Shown in pieces: positions 24,560-37,354 of a DNA stretch of 64,000 nt (the first letter of the stretch is position 1; each line of letters begins with the position of its first letter). The position numbers were made by a program, and so were the translations under genes. The stretch lies in the NCBI RefSeq assembly GCF_006345805.1, contig NC_043000.1, positions 101,556,001 to 101,620,000 of the forward strand. Reading direction: 5' to 3'. Below the pieces are notes generated by a model. The model ran no database searches. It was not told the DNA's origin and saw nothing but the letters and a program-made list of their open reading frames with translations. The DNA is from Octopus sinensis. Its lineage: Eukaryota.

Positions 24560-24920
24560 CATATTTCTTTACTGCCCACAAGGGGCTACACAGTGGGGAC
24601 AAACAAGGACAGACAAACGGATTATGTCGATTATATCGATCCCAGTGCATGACTGGTACTTAATTTACTGACCCCGAAAGGATGTAAGGCAAAGTCGAAT
24701 TTGAAGAAATACCGCTAAGCATTTCACCTGGCGTGCTAACTCTTCTGCCACCTTGCTGCCATAAAGCTTCTTTTAGTTTCTGCCTACTGAATCCACTTAC
24801 AAGGCTTTGGTCAATCCTGCAGCTATAGTAGAAAACGTTTGCTCCAGGTGCAATGCAGTGGGACTGAACTGAAGACCATATACCTTGGAAGCAAAGTTCT
24901 TACCACACAGCCATGCCTAT
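24560..24920 (-). mobile_element. Adjacent SINE A (24560-24762) and SINE B head (24765-24920)
   Basis: Reverse-complement family motifs; ends CTTACCACACAGCCATGCCT. Confidence 0.7.
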
Positions 24921-26513
24921 GTCTATATTTCCAAAACAGGTGTATGACTTAGGTTTTAGAAAAAGAGTCCAACTGTGTTGCTAGTATTTGAACAAGGTCT
25001 CAGATTTGTGGATAACCAAGGAATTCCTGTCTTCTATCCTACTTCCTATATCTGTAACCAGTTGCCTGAGAAATAAAATATCAAAGGCAACTTTTTAACA
25101 GTTCTTTAATTTGTTTTAATTATTATAGCTAAGACCTTGCTGTGACATTGCCCTGAAAAGAAAATAGGGAATTCACATAAATTCATACCTAACCAGAACA
25201 AATTTTGTATATCTATATGTATATGAATGCCTATTTAGTGACTTGAGTTTCATGCTGCTGTGATCTTCAGGTGAGAACTGTTACAACTCTGTACTGGTGG
25301 TGTATTTATATTGTTTGGTGTGTGTGTGTGTGTGTGTGTATGTTCATGTGTGTGGGGTCTAGTGTATGAATTTATTCATAGATTTGGGTTTTGCATTTAT
25401 TGATTGGCTGCTGTTTGTCTGGTTTCTTCATGAATTCTAGTAGAGGGAGACAGAGAATGAAAGAAAGAGAGGGAGAAGAGAGAGAAAGAAAGAATTGACC
25501 GCTATTTTATTTAGTGATCCCAGGAACAGAGAAGGCATAGTTTGATTTGAGCAAGATTTGAACTCAAAGCTCTGAAAGCCTGAGCAAATACTGCATCCAA
25601 CACTCTAATGACTCAGTTATTTCGACTGTCTACTACCGAAAGAGATATTAGTTAATTCATTCCCCCATATACAATTGTTTCAGATAGACTATCTTTGATT
25701 ATGCATCTGCCCTTTGTGGACTGACCTGGGGCTAAACAACAACACCAGCTATCTATTCTCAGCATGACAATCCAGTCCATTAGGAGTTAAATTGAACACT
25801 TTCTAGAGCTCCTGTGTATTAATGATAATGCTAGGTGAATCACTGTGGTGACACGCCTATCTACTCCTCTTCACATCATCCTCATATCATTAGGTGATTT
25901 GATGATAGAAGCAATGATATAACGACACTAGTAATCAGTTAATTAGCTCTACCAAATGTTGATTAATAGATATAATGTCATCGATAATAATTGATACTGG
26001 TGATGTTGATAATTTAAATAAATGCTAATTGTGTTGGAATCTGATAATAAGTTGTGATGTGGGCGTATCATGATTGTCTATTAGAGAAAACATTGGAATT
26101 GTATTTAATTACTGAATTCCATTTAATCTTCAAGTAATCTAGAATCCTTTACAGAGATTCAAATTTTAACATTTTTCTATTGCTATATTTGATTGCTTAT
26201 AAGCACGGATTTTCTTTAAAAAAGTAAAACATCCCTAAAAGTCAGCTTGCCTCATGTAAACAAATGATCAGAGATTGGGTTACTGGCAGCTGGTGATTCA
26301 CGATAAGGCCTGCCAAAATTGAACTGCATCTTATAAGCATTTGCACTTTATAAAGCATCAAATACAACATTTACTTTTAACTTTTCATTGTTTTACTAAG
26401 TTAAATATACAAAAAACTTGCCTAAATTACATGTCATTAAATTTCTAAATTGGCAACAATGATCAAGGAATATAAGATACCAGTCTCATGAATTCATCTG
26501 TCATGAGTTTGTA

Positions 26514-27062
26514 TTGGGTTGTCCGGAAAGTTCGTGCCAATTTTTAAAGGAAAGAAAAAGGTCAATAAATACTTGCCATTACATTTTTAATCAACCAAAT
26601 ATGAACCATTTTGTTGCACAATGCGTCTCCAGCTTTCCTTTAGCTTGAAAATAAACCTCTTCCCAGAATTGAGGTGGTTTCATGGCAAAGAATTCATCAA
26701 GGTATCTTTTTACATCATCCAAGGAATTGAAATTTTTACCTTTAAGACTATTCTACAGAGACCTGAATAAGTGGAAATCCAAAGGAGCAATATCTGGTGA
26801 ATATGGAGGGTGGAGCTGCAGCAATTTTTGTCTGGTTCCCAAAGCATCAAGTGCTGAAAACGAACTTACTTAACTTCCATTTTAAAGTGTTACAAAATTA
26901 ACACAGGTTATAGGAACATAAACCTTCTTCTACGAAAAGATAGCCTAAACTGTGCTCTAAATGTATGTGTAGTGAAATCCTATTTTATGGACTCAACCAT
27001 GTTCTAAAATAAGTCGAAAGGTAAGCTACTATAAATCGGCACAAATTTTCTGGACAACCCAA
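26514..27062 (-). mobile_element. Internally deleted mariner (549 bp)
   Basis: TIRs TTGGGTTGTCCGGAAAGTTCGTGCCAATTT and TTGGGTTGTCCAGAAAATTTGTGCCGATTT; TA on both flanks; remnant of the transposase C-terminus (PYSPDIAP-like) on the minus strand. Confidence 0.88.
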
Positions 27063-27524
27063 TATAATCAAGTTGCTAACACTTTGCATACATTTTCCTG
27101 TGATGAACCTTATTGCATCTTGTTCCTTGCTGTGATCCTTTGCCTGATCTAGGACACACAGCAACAGAGAAAAACCAGATGTTTTGTTATTGTATTTTGT
27201 TTATTTTACACTGCTTTTACATCTGGATGCATTTCCAATTACCATCCAACTAAGAACATGGAGTGAGTGACTCTTATTGTGCTGTTGGTACCACAGAATT
27301 CGTCTGTAGCAGGAGCAAGGAGTCTTTTGACCCCTATATTAATCTTTTTTTTTTTTCAGAATTACTCTTCTCCTAAACAGGTTGCCTGCACTGTGGCTTA
27401 CAGAAACTATGTCTCCTCTATTCAGTTCTCCATTTGTTTTTTTTCTTTTTGACTTGGTTTTGAGAACAGCATGTTTTCCATAATATCACTGAAATAATGG
27501 GACATTGTTACTGATGTTGTTTAA

Positions 27525-27970
27525 AAGGCAGTTAGCTGGCAGAACTTTTAGCACACTAGGCAAAATGCTTGGCAGCATTTCATCCGTCTTTATATTCTGA
27601 GTTCAAATTCTGCTGAGCTCGACTTTGCCTTTCATCCTTTTGGAGTTGATAAATTAAGTACCAGTGACATACTAGGGTCGACATAATCAGCTAGTCCCCC
27701 CCACCCACCGAAAAAAGATTTCAGGCCTTGTGCATTTAGCAGAAAGGATTATTACTGTTGTTTAAGGCATCAAGCTGGCAGAATCATTACTGCACCAGGA
27801 ACTTTGTTTAGCAGCATGTCTTCTGACTTTATGTTCTGTGTTCAAATGCTGTTGGGGTTGACTTCACCTTTTATCCTTTTGGGGGTCGATAAAATAAGTA
27901 CAAGTTGAACACTGGCTGATTTAATCAACTTATCCTCTCACTTGAAATTGCTGGCTTTGCACCAAAATTG
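27525..27970 (+). mobile_element. Two tandem SINE family A copies
   Basis: Heads AAGGCAGTTAGCTGGCAGAA (near 27525) and AAGGCATCAAGCTGGCAGAA (near 27765). Confidence 0.75.
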
Positions 27971-28115
27971 TTTTCAGGCCACATGCATTCTAGCCATGGC
28001 CATCCTGCTTTGTGTTGAAGCCCTTCGTCAGCCCTAAAAAGCAGATCAATGATTTAAAGGCATTCCAGCTATGACATTCTTGACTTCTAAATGACTCCAG
28101 ACTTTTCTCTTTTAA

Positions 28116-28334
28116 CCCTTTAGTATTTAAACCAGCCATATCCGGCCAAAATATTTAATCTGTTTTATGTTCAAACTGACCAGATCCAGGCTCTCACACC
28201 TACCCTACAATGTTATTCTACATTAAGTAATTACACCATCAAGATCTTGAAGATATGAGAAAATGCATGATTAATTCAAATCAATGTGAATCAATAAGCA
28301 TTATGTTTGATAGAATAATCAGAACACTAAAGGG
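28116..28334. mobile_element. 219-bp MITE with TTAA target-site duplication (piggyBac-type ends)
   Basis: TTAA|CCCTTTAG ... CTAAAGGG|TTAA; related copies at 4516-4826 and 34497-34698. Confidence 0.8.
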
Positions 28335-28463
28335 TTAAGCTTGTTTGATGTGAATTTAAGGTTGACTGGCCATGTAGAACTGTCATTAGTTACTATAGTT
28401 ACCATTGTTGTTATTGATGTTAGACCCCACCTATCCAATCAACTCAACTTAAACAAAACCACG

Positions 28464-28522
<59 letters not shown>

Positions 28523-28534
28523 TTGTGTGTATAC

Positions 28535-28860
28535 ATAGTGAAGGTACATGGTTTAGTGGCTAGGATAATCAGGTCACATTTGTAAAATCCTGAGATTGAT
28601 TCCCAATAACATGTTGGGTCCTTGAGCAAGATACTTTACTTCATGTTGCTCTAGTCCACACAGCTGGCAGAAATGAGTTATACTTGTAATTCAAACGGGC
28701 TAGTTTTGTCACACTCTGTGTCACACTGAATTTTCCTGAGAACTACCTTAAGAGTACACATGTCTGTGGAGTGCTCAGCTACATGCACATTAATTTTATG
28801 ATCAGGTTGTTCAGTTGATAAGATCAACTGGAGCCCTCATCATCATAACCAATGGAGTGC
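28535..28860 (+). mobile_element. SINE family D, diverged
   Basis: TGGTTTAGTGG head, GTCCTTGAGCAAGATACTTTACTTCATGTTGCTCTAGTCCAC core. Confidence 0.6.
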
Positions 28861-30139
28861 CATATATATACATATATATATATGTATGTGTATATATATA
28901 TATATATATATATGTCCTATCCCATATATTCTTTGCTGTTTCTTTTAATGCTACATAGATGAGAATTAAAACTTACCCTTGAAAAGTTGCTAAATACTTG
29001 CAAATTGTGTTGTTATTAGAGAAGTTGTGTTGGTCTTTGTTATTTAATCCCAAGTCAGCATTAACCAAGCACATCTATGATAAAATGCATTTAAGCCACA
29101 ACAATCTCATTATTTCAGGTGGTATCAAAGATTATATTATCTAATGTGCCCTTTCTGTTGTAAGATGGCAAGATGTGTAATGAGGAAAATTTCACTGTTA
29201 TTTCTAGCTGGGTCATGTAGAAAGCCCCACTTTGGCTATTTCATGATGATGACTGTGGTTGTTGTTTTGTTATTGAGCCACATGTTAAGTCTGATTGAGT
29301 AGAACTATGATCAAAAGGTATACCAGCTATGTTCTTCTGTTTCTAAGATGTTTAAGTGTGACATGGGTAAGTTTTGGCAGCTATTTCTAGCAAGTCAATC
29401 AATTGCAAAGAGGTTCCTTTGCTGGTGTTTATTTTTCTCACTGGAGAAATTGAAATCAACACCGCTGCAACAGTGCAACTGCTTGAACCAATTAAGGAAC
29501 TTCTACTCGATCACACTTGACATGCTAGAAATAACTTCTAAATCTCCCTTAAATCCTATACTACCATCTAAAAAATGAAGGACACATTGGATGATCTACT
29601 TTGTATTTGGAAAAATTGGGATAGTCAGATCAGGAATACCTTTGATTATAGATCTTCCCATACAGGGCTGATTTAAGACTAGATGATAATAACAGTAGCA
29701 ACAACTTCAGCAACAATGCTGTTATTGCTGCATGCAATGATGGACTATATCACCCATAATACCTACTTAGACCATAAGCCTATGAAAGTACTTCTATGCA
29801 GCAGTCTGACTCACAAGAAATAGCAATGAAATCTATATATAATCATGCTGTAGCATCTTAGAAATGGTGAGGATATGTTAGATAATATAATCATAGATAC
29901 ATACTGGAAGAAAACTGGTGCCATGATGCAAACAGCATGCTTCTTGGTTAATTGTCTCCTAGCATATTGATTTTGCTATCTTTATCCCACAGAGCCAGCT
30001 GACAAAACAAAGCATTCAATCACTGTTTCTGACAAAGCCATTAATCTTAAGCTGATCTATGTCTTTGCATGAATATATGATGAGCATTTTATTGAGGGAG
30101 ATTTAGCTACTATTATGAGGTGATTATGAAAGTGAATTG

Positions 30140-30360
30140 CTTAGTGGTTAGGGTGTTGGACTCATGATCGTGAGACTGTGGTTTCAATTCCTGGACCAGA
30201 TGACACGTAGTGTTCTTGAGCAAAACACTTCATTTCATGATGCTCTAGTTCTACTCAGCTGAGTAATCCTGCAATGGACTGGCGTCCTATCCAGGTGGAG
30301 AATATATATGCCACAGAAACCAGAAAACTGGCCCTATGAGTCTATATGACTTGGGAATGA
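30140..30360 (+). mobile_element. SINE family D
   Basis: GCTTAGTGGTTAGGGTGTTGGACTCATGATCGTGAG...GTTTCAATTCC...GTGTTCTTGAGCAAAACACTT. Confidence 0.7.
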
Positions 30361-30439
30361 ACCTTTCAAGGAGATTGGCAGAATTCTTAGAACATCAAAC
30401 AACACACCTGCAGGTCCTTTATGTTCTGAGTTCAAATTG

Positions 30440-30590
30440 TCTCAACACCAACCTTGCCCAAATACAATTCTATATCTCTGAGATGAGGAATTAATTTTAT
30501 ACGGTTGATATTCATCAGAGTAGTATCCTCATCTTGATTGTTGCTTTCACTATGTTTCAGCTGTGTGCTCCAGCCTTCTTCAGGTATCTT
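30440..30590 (-). mobile_element. Penelope-like terminal fragment with hammerhead-like motif (30548-30586)
   Basis: TAC-CTGAAGA-A-GGCTG(GAGCACA)CAGCT-GAAAC-ATA-GTG on the minus strand. Confidence 0.5.
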
Positions 30591-30859
30591 ATGATTCACT
30601 TTAGTACCTTGCCTGGGATTAAACTCAGAACCTCTCAGGACTGCACTAACCAACTTCTTTATCCACTACACTATCCCTGTAGGCAGTGACTGAGTGAATT
30701 TTAAGGTTTATAAACCTCCATTGATGACTCATGTCAGCTCCATACCAATTGTGTATAACAATTTCGTATTTCTAAGAATGGAAAAGGTGTATCAACTTTG
30801 CCATTTATCATTCTAGGGTCACCAAAATAAAAGCTTCGGTTGAATACTAATATAAGCAT

Positions 30860-31260
30860 AGACATGGCTATGTGGTTAAGAAGATCATTTTTTAACCACA
30901 TTGTTTCAGGTTCAGTTCCACTGCACAACACCTTAGGCAAGCATCTTCTCCTATAGCACTGGGCTACCAATGCCTTGTGAGTGATTCTGGTTGGCAAATA
31001 CTGTGTGGAAACCCATCATTTATATACATATATATGTTGGGTGTGTGTGTGTGTGTGCATGTTACTCCTTCATCTCTTGACAACAGTTGTTGATTTGTTC
31101 ACATCCCCCTATGTCAATAGTTTGGTATCAGAGACCAATAAAATTAGTACAAGTCTTAAAAAATAAGAACTGAAAAAATAAGATGATTTAGTTGACTAAA
31201 CCCTTCAAATTGATGCCTCAGCATGGTCGTAGTTCATTGGCTGAAACAAGTAAAAAAAGG
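30860..31260 (+). mobile_element. SINE family B, diverged
   Basis: GGCTATGTGGTTAAGAAG head; CAGCATGGTCGTAGTTCATTGGCTGAAACAAGTAAAA tail. Confidence 0.7.
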
Positions 31261-32030
31261 AAAAGATTAATGATAGCATCACTTATAAAGAATCCTTGAA
31301 ATGACTGGAAAAGAATTAGAAACTCAGTCTAAACCAAACAGGTAGAGTCATTAGCAAGTTGGATGAAATGTTTAGTGGCATTTTGTTCATCTAAGTTCAG
31401 ATACTTGCCTTTCATCCTTTAAGGGTCGAGGCTAAAATAGTTACCTGTAAAATACTGGGGTTGATGTAATCAACTTAACCCCTCCTTCAAAATTGCTGGC
31501 CTTATGCCAAAATTAAAAGCAGTTATTATTGTTATTGTCTGAAGTGTGGTGGAATGGGAGAATCATTAAAGCATGGGAAGCAATGGCTTGTGGTATGTAG
31601 TTACAGCTTTTCATGTTCTAGTTTCAAACCTCACTGAGGTCAGCTTTGCCTTTCATTCCTTGATAAGGTAAAGCACCAGTCATGTTCTGGCCTGAGTTTG
31701 ATTGACTAAGCCCCTCCCTGGAAAATTTTAGACCATGATCTATTGTCCACATTAGAAAAGAATACTGTTATTTAGAATCATATCAATTTTAATCCAGCTG
31801 ATCCACAGCCACAGGCAATCCAGCTAAGAGCAAGAAAATGTGTAACAGAGACCCTTGTTATCTAATTATTATGGCAATAGAATGTAATTTGAAGGAAATT
31901 TGGTACTATTTCTAGCTGCTCAAGCTATCACGTAGCTCATCCTTATTAGCTTAAAATTACCAGTATTTTATTAGATGGCATACCAGCAGTTGTCGTTGTA
32001 GTAGTAGTTGTAGTAGTAATAGTGAGTGAA

Positions 32031-32362
32031 GGCGCATGGCTCAGTGGTTAGAGCGTTGAGCTTATGATCGTGAGGTTGTGAGTTCGAATCCCGGACCGGG
32101 CTGTGTGTTGTGTTCTTGAGCAAGACACTTTATTTTACATTGCTCCAGTTCACTCAGTTGTATAAATGAGTTGCGACATCACTGGTGCCAAGCTATATCG
32201 GCCTTTGCCTTTCCCTTGGATAACATCAGTGGTGTGGAGAGGGGGGGCCGGTATGCATGGGCGAATGCTGATCTTCCATAAATAACCTTGCCCGGACTTG
32301 TGCCTGGGGGTGTAACTTTCTAGGTGCAATCCCATGGTCAGTCATGACCGAAAGGGGTCTCA
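32031..32362 (+). mobile_element. tRNA-headed SINE family D, young copy with intact Pol III boxes
   Basis: A-box TGGCTCAGTGG (32037-32047), B-box GTTCGAATCC (32082-32091), then TGTTCTTGAGCAAGACACTT core. Confidence 0.85.
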
Positions 32363-32686
32363 AGTAGTAGTAGTATGCATGACCTAATGCTTAGGGTGTT
32401 GCACTCATGATCGCAAGATCCTGGTTTCATTCCCTAGACTGGGTGGAGCAAAGCACTTCATCTCACCTTACTCTGTGATCACTTCGACACCTGACATGTG
32501 GTACACCATGCACCTTTGTCAGGCAATGCCAATTTGATGGAGGGAGCGAACAAATGTACAGCACATATATTTGATCACTATAAGCAAATCATTTGTGCAG
32601 GTCTTCGGAAAAACGCTAAACACTCGTATATCATTGTTGATGGAAGAGTCTATAGTAGTAGTGGTGGTGGTAGCGGTGGTAGTAGC

Positions 32687-32727
<41 letters not shown>

Positions 32728-33213
32728 CAGTAGTAGTAATAGAATTAATGCTATGATAATTGTTGAATTTCAGCTTATTTATTGTAGGGGACAGTAAAAA
32801 ACTAGGTTGGAATATGATATTTGGTGAGAAGAAATTTTGCTGATTAATAATATATATGCATATATTTTTTTTTTTTTTCATTCTCCCAACAAGTACAAAT
32901 GATAGCTCCAAATGTGGTTCTACTTTTTTTTAAAAATCCGATCAGCAAAATCTTTAATCATAGAAATATTTTATATAAATGAGATGGTAATGTAATTATA
33001 TATATGCAAAAAGTATTAGAATTTTAAATAAAATTGGCTGAGAAATGTGTGGAAATAGAAAGAAAAAAAAAAAGAAATAAGCTAAGCAGAATATATTTAA
33101 TCATTATATGTATTTACGAAACACTTGTGTTTAAAAATCTCTTACTCCTATATATCTATCTGTATGTAATAATATTTACTTATTTAGTAATATAGAGAGA
33201 TTATAATTCAAGC

Positions 33214-33267
<54 letters not shown>

Positions 33268-33270
<3 letters not shown>

Positions 33271-34209
33271 GGCAGTGAGCTGGCAGAATCGTTAGCATGC
33301 CAGACAAAATGCTTAGCAGTATTTCACCGAGGTTTGCTTTACCTTTCATTCTTTTGGGTTGATAATCTAAGTCAAACAATGTGTTGTGGGTGATTTTGGT
33401 AGATGGAAATGATATGAAATCCTATCTATTATCAACTCATCCCCTTCCCTCATATTGCTACCCCTTGTGGCAAAATTTGAAACCATTATTATTATTATTA
33501 TTATTATTATTTAAGGCAGCGAGCTGGCAGAATTGTTACCATGCTGAGCAAAATGCTTAGCAGTATGTCATCTGTCTTAAAGACATTCTGAGTTCAAATT
33601 CTGCCAACATCGACTTTGCCTTTCATCCTTTTGGGGTCAATAAAATATGTACCAGTGAAACACTGGGTTCGATGTAATTGACTAGTCCCCATCCCCCAAA
33701 ATTTCAGGCCTTGTGCTCTTAGTAAAAAGGATCATTATTATTATTTATTCTTTTTATTTCAGGTTTTGTTATAACTCCTGGAGTTTTGCATGCATAGCAG
33801 GCTTGCTACCCGCAGCCTACAGTACCATGCTGTCTGTTCTTTTCAACTGTCTAATACTTTCCTGATTATTTTGGCTGTGCCAAAGATGCAGACTTTATGT
33901 GTATCATAATTATTATTATTATTATTTATAATTATATACAAAAATGGTTTTGCCTCTTTGATACAGCCAAAATAATCAGGAATGTATTAGACAGGTATTA
34001 TATATAAAGGCAGCAAGCTGACAGAATTGTTAGTACACTGGGTGAAATGCTTAGCAGTATTTCGCCTGTCATTACATTCTTAGTTCAAATTCCGCCGATG
34101 TCAATTTTGCCTTTCAGGATCAATAAATCGAGTACCAGTGAAACATTAGGTTCGATATAATCGACTAACCCCCTCCCTCCAAAATTCAGGTCTTGTGCCT
34201 ATAATAGAA

Positions 34210-34210
<1 letters not shown>
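33268..34210 (+). mobile_element. Cluster of three SINE family A copies separated by (ATT)n and other sequence
   Basis: Heads AAGGCAG(T/C)GAGCTGGCAGAA near 33268 and 33513, AAGGCAGCAAGCTGACAGAA near 34007. Confidence 0.8.
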
Positions 34211-34248
<38 letters not shown>

Positions 34249-34496
34249 ATTATTAATTTTTTATTTTTATTTAATTTTATAGTAGACTTCAGATATGGCA
34301 ACACACTGTGTGTGTGTGTGTGTGTATGTTTGTACAAATGAGACATGAGCTCTGTAAGCTACAACACAGCCTACACATTTAGGAGCTCAGTAACTCTGAA
34401 GAAGAACTGTTATTGGAAAGAGGAGACCTTCTAGCCTTCCTTACACGAGATAACCTCTTCATTGTCAGTGATATAAATGCACCTTGTTAAGCTCTT

Positions 34497-34698
34497 TAAC
34501 CCTTTGGCATCCTCTGTCAAATGATTTTAATTAATCACATAGATTTGAATTAATCACACTTCTCATAGCTCCATGGTTTCAATAATGTGATTGTTTCTTT
34601 TTAGAAAGATATTGTAGGGTAAGTGTGAAAGGCTAGATCTGGTGGGATTGGCCATCAAACATGTTGAATATTTGGGTCATATATGCAAAAGAGTGAAA
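34497..34698. mobile_element. TTAA-type MITE, diverged, opposite orientation to 28116-28334
   Basis: TTAACCCTTTGG start; internal GATTTGAATTAATCAC...TTGTAGGGTAAGTGTGA matches the reverse complement of the 28.1-kb copy. Confidence 0.5.
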
Positions 34699-35019
34699 GT
34701 AGGTGGTGATACGAAGGGCGTCCAGCCATAGAAAATCATACCCAATTGGAATATACGAGTGAAATGTTGACTTTGCAAACCACATTGCAGACCATCCACC
34801 TGGTTAAGAAGTAACTATGAATAATAATTAATGCAAAGTAGTGGTCACTAATAAACCCCCCAATTGTCTAACATCTCTTGAGCTAGATTTTTTGACAAAA
34901 TATGCCCAGTTGATACAGGGGACCATCACAACCCATAAAACTGGACAGTTTTTTCTGTTGCAATTCATATCAATAAAGAAAAATCAATCACTCAAATTAT
35001 GAAGATGGTGCAAACATGG

Positions 35020-35162
35020 CTGCATGATGAAGATCATTTTGCAACCACATGGTTTTTGGTTCAGTCCTACAATGCTGTATCTTGGACAAGGGCCTCCTTC
35101 TATATCCTCTAGTCAAACAATGTGTTGTGGGTGATTTTGGTAGATGGAAATGATATGAAATC

Positions 35163-35194
<32 letters not shown>

Positions 35195-35207
35195 ATATCT
35201 ATCTCTC

Positions 35208-35285
<78 letters not shown>

Positions 35286-35303
35286 GTATATGTGTGTATG
35301 TAT

Positions 35304-35343
<40 letters not shown>

Positions 35344-35570
35344 ATGTGTATGTGTGTATGTTATGTATATCTATGTGTTTGTGTGTGTGTGATTCTGTTT
35401 AAGCAGTGTTTGTATGTTTACGTCCCCATGATGTAGTGGTTCTGCAAAAGAGACAAAATAAGTACTAGACTTTAAAAAAAATACTGGGATCAATTTCTTT
35501 GACTAAACCCTTCTGAGTGGTGCTATAGCATGGCCACAGTCCAGTGAGTAAAACAAGTAAAAGATGAAAC
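35020..35570 (+). mobile_element. SINE family B with expanded internal microsatellite
   Basis: Head near 35025; tail AGCATGGCCACAGTCCAGTGAGTAAAACAAGTAAAAGA. Confidence 0.7.
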
Positions 35571-36640
35571 AAAGAAGATGATGATGCGTTCATCTAATGT
35601 ACTTCTATATGTAACCATATTAACATTACTGATAACCCTTTCTCAACCAACTGCACCAAGATCACTCATGTGATTAATTCACAAAATTTTCATCGTGTAA
35701 GAAGCTATTGTTATGACGTGTTTTAAGCATCATCTCATTAATTGAACTATAGATTTAAAAAAAGATGGAAATCTTGATTAGTTAATTAGTAAATTAATTA
35801 ATTAATTTCAAACCTCACTTCAATTAATTAATTAATTAACTAACTGAAACACATAATATACATTTGCTAGAAATAAGGTCAGTAGAAGGTTAATATTTAG
35901 TTATATTCACAAGAATTCAAGGAATCTTGTGATAGCCTGCAATGGCTCAAATCAATATAGTAACAAGCTGAGCTAGAAGTATGTTCATGCGCTATGAGGA
36001 GAGCCTGTCGTTTTCTGATTAAGTATTCTGTCTGTGATATAATATACAACTTCTTGTCTTGACATATACTGCAACAAGCAATTTTTAAAAGTTTTAATGG
36101 TTAAATAGTTTTGTTGTTGTTTTGTCTCCTTCCTCACACACACATCAGCTTTGATGGAGTAGGTAGTCCTATGACGAAAGACCATTCCATTTATATCCAT
36201 ATAATCTTTTCTTCTTTTGTTTATGGTGAAGAATTGACTAAGCCGTTAGAGCAGCAGATGAAATCCTTTGTGTGTATTTGTTCTCATTCTATGCATTAAG
36301 AGTTCATGTCTTCCTAAGATCAACAAAGCCTTTCATCTCACTCACATCTTTCTCTTTCTCTCTCTCTCTATCTATCTGTCATTTTCTTCCTCTATACACA
36401 CACATATACACACAAAATAGTAATCATCTACCAATAATTCTGCATCAACAGCCAGGTACTATTACTGTTTGCATGCAATAATGTTGTTCAAATTCCTTAG
36501 AGCTCATCCAAGCTTCCATTTTCAGTGTTTCCTTTCCATTAGTTTCATTTCTACAGCAACCTTGTATATGAAATTCACTCAACAGAAATAGTATGAAAGC
36601 CAATTGGATGGATCATTCTGGTTTGTGGGTAGCAAATTTA

Positions 36641-36735
36641 AAATGATGCAACAGAGTGGGTGCTGCTAATAACACCTCTGGCTGAATGATGATATATCAT
36701 CATTGTTAGCAGAACCCACTCTGTTGCAACCATTT
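36641..36735. other. Hairpin with pre-miRNA-like geometry
   Basis: 26-bp stem (36647-36672 with 36703-36728; one mismatch, one G-U), 30-nt loop, 5 further basal pairs. Confidence 0.35.
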
Positions 36736-37354
36736 GAGACAGTTTTCCAGTTAGGTAATAGTTCACTCTGTGTCAAGAAATTCATAATGCTGCAACATGA
36801 TATCTCTAACCTGCTCTGTTTCCTGCCACTGTTCTGGTCTCATTCCAGATTCTCAACCCTTCTCATCTCCTTTCCTTGTCAACAGTCCTTCACCATGTGG
36901 TTTTAGGGCACGCTGCTGTTCTTTTATCACATTGGCTGCTGGGCTTCTCTCAGGCTTTTTCTTATTTGCATCAATCTGCTTCTAATCACTCTCCTATTCA
37001 TGATTACAGGCTTCACCCGAGTTCAGTAGGTTTTGATTTGTTGCAGTTTCTATAATGAACTTGATTTTTTTCGGGGGATAGATGATTAACCTTCTTTCTA
37101 ACTCCCAGTCCTAGAGGACAGTGCCTTTTTATTATGACATGCACTCACAACTCCAGCATTGAGAGAAATAACGAATTTGGACTTCCTATTGTGTGCAACC
37201 CCACACTTCTTTGTGGTGGTAGGGGTACATTTGAGGTGGTTTCAGCTCACCCGACAGTCTTGTCATTGGGTACATGGGGCATTTGCCGGGACACGGGTTC
37301 CACTCTTTGAGACTATACCGTCCCTGATGAACCAGTCGCTAGATGGTCCATAAC

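Noticed and set aside
32031-32102. tRNA gene
   Set aside because: A and B boxes are present, but there is no acceptor-stem pairing and it runs into a SINE core found at several other sites.
36650-36672. miR-15/16-like seed (UAGCAGCAC) on the minus strand of the hairpin
   Set aside because: That family is a vertebrate-lineage one and the rest of the sequence does not match; treated as coincidence.
36780-37000. Protein-like minus-strand frame (KQIDANKKKPERSP...)
   Set aside because: Contains stops, has no splice support, and may be a decayed LINE 3' end.
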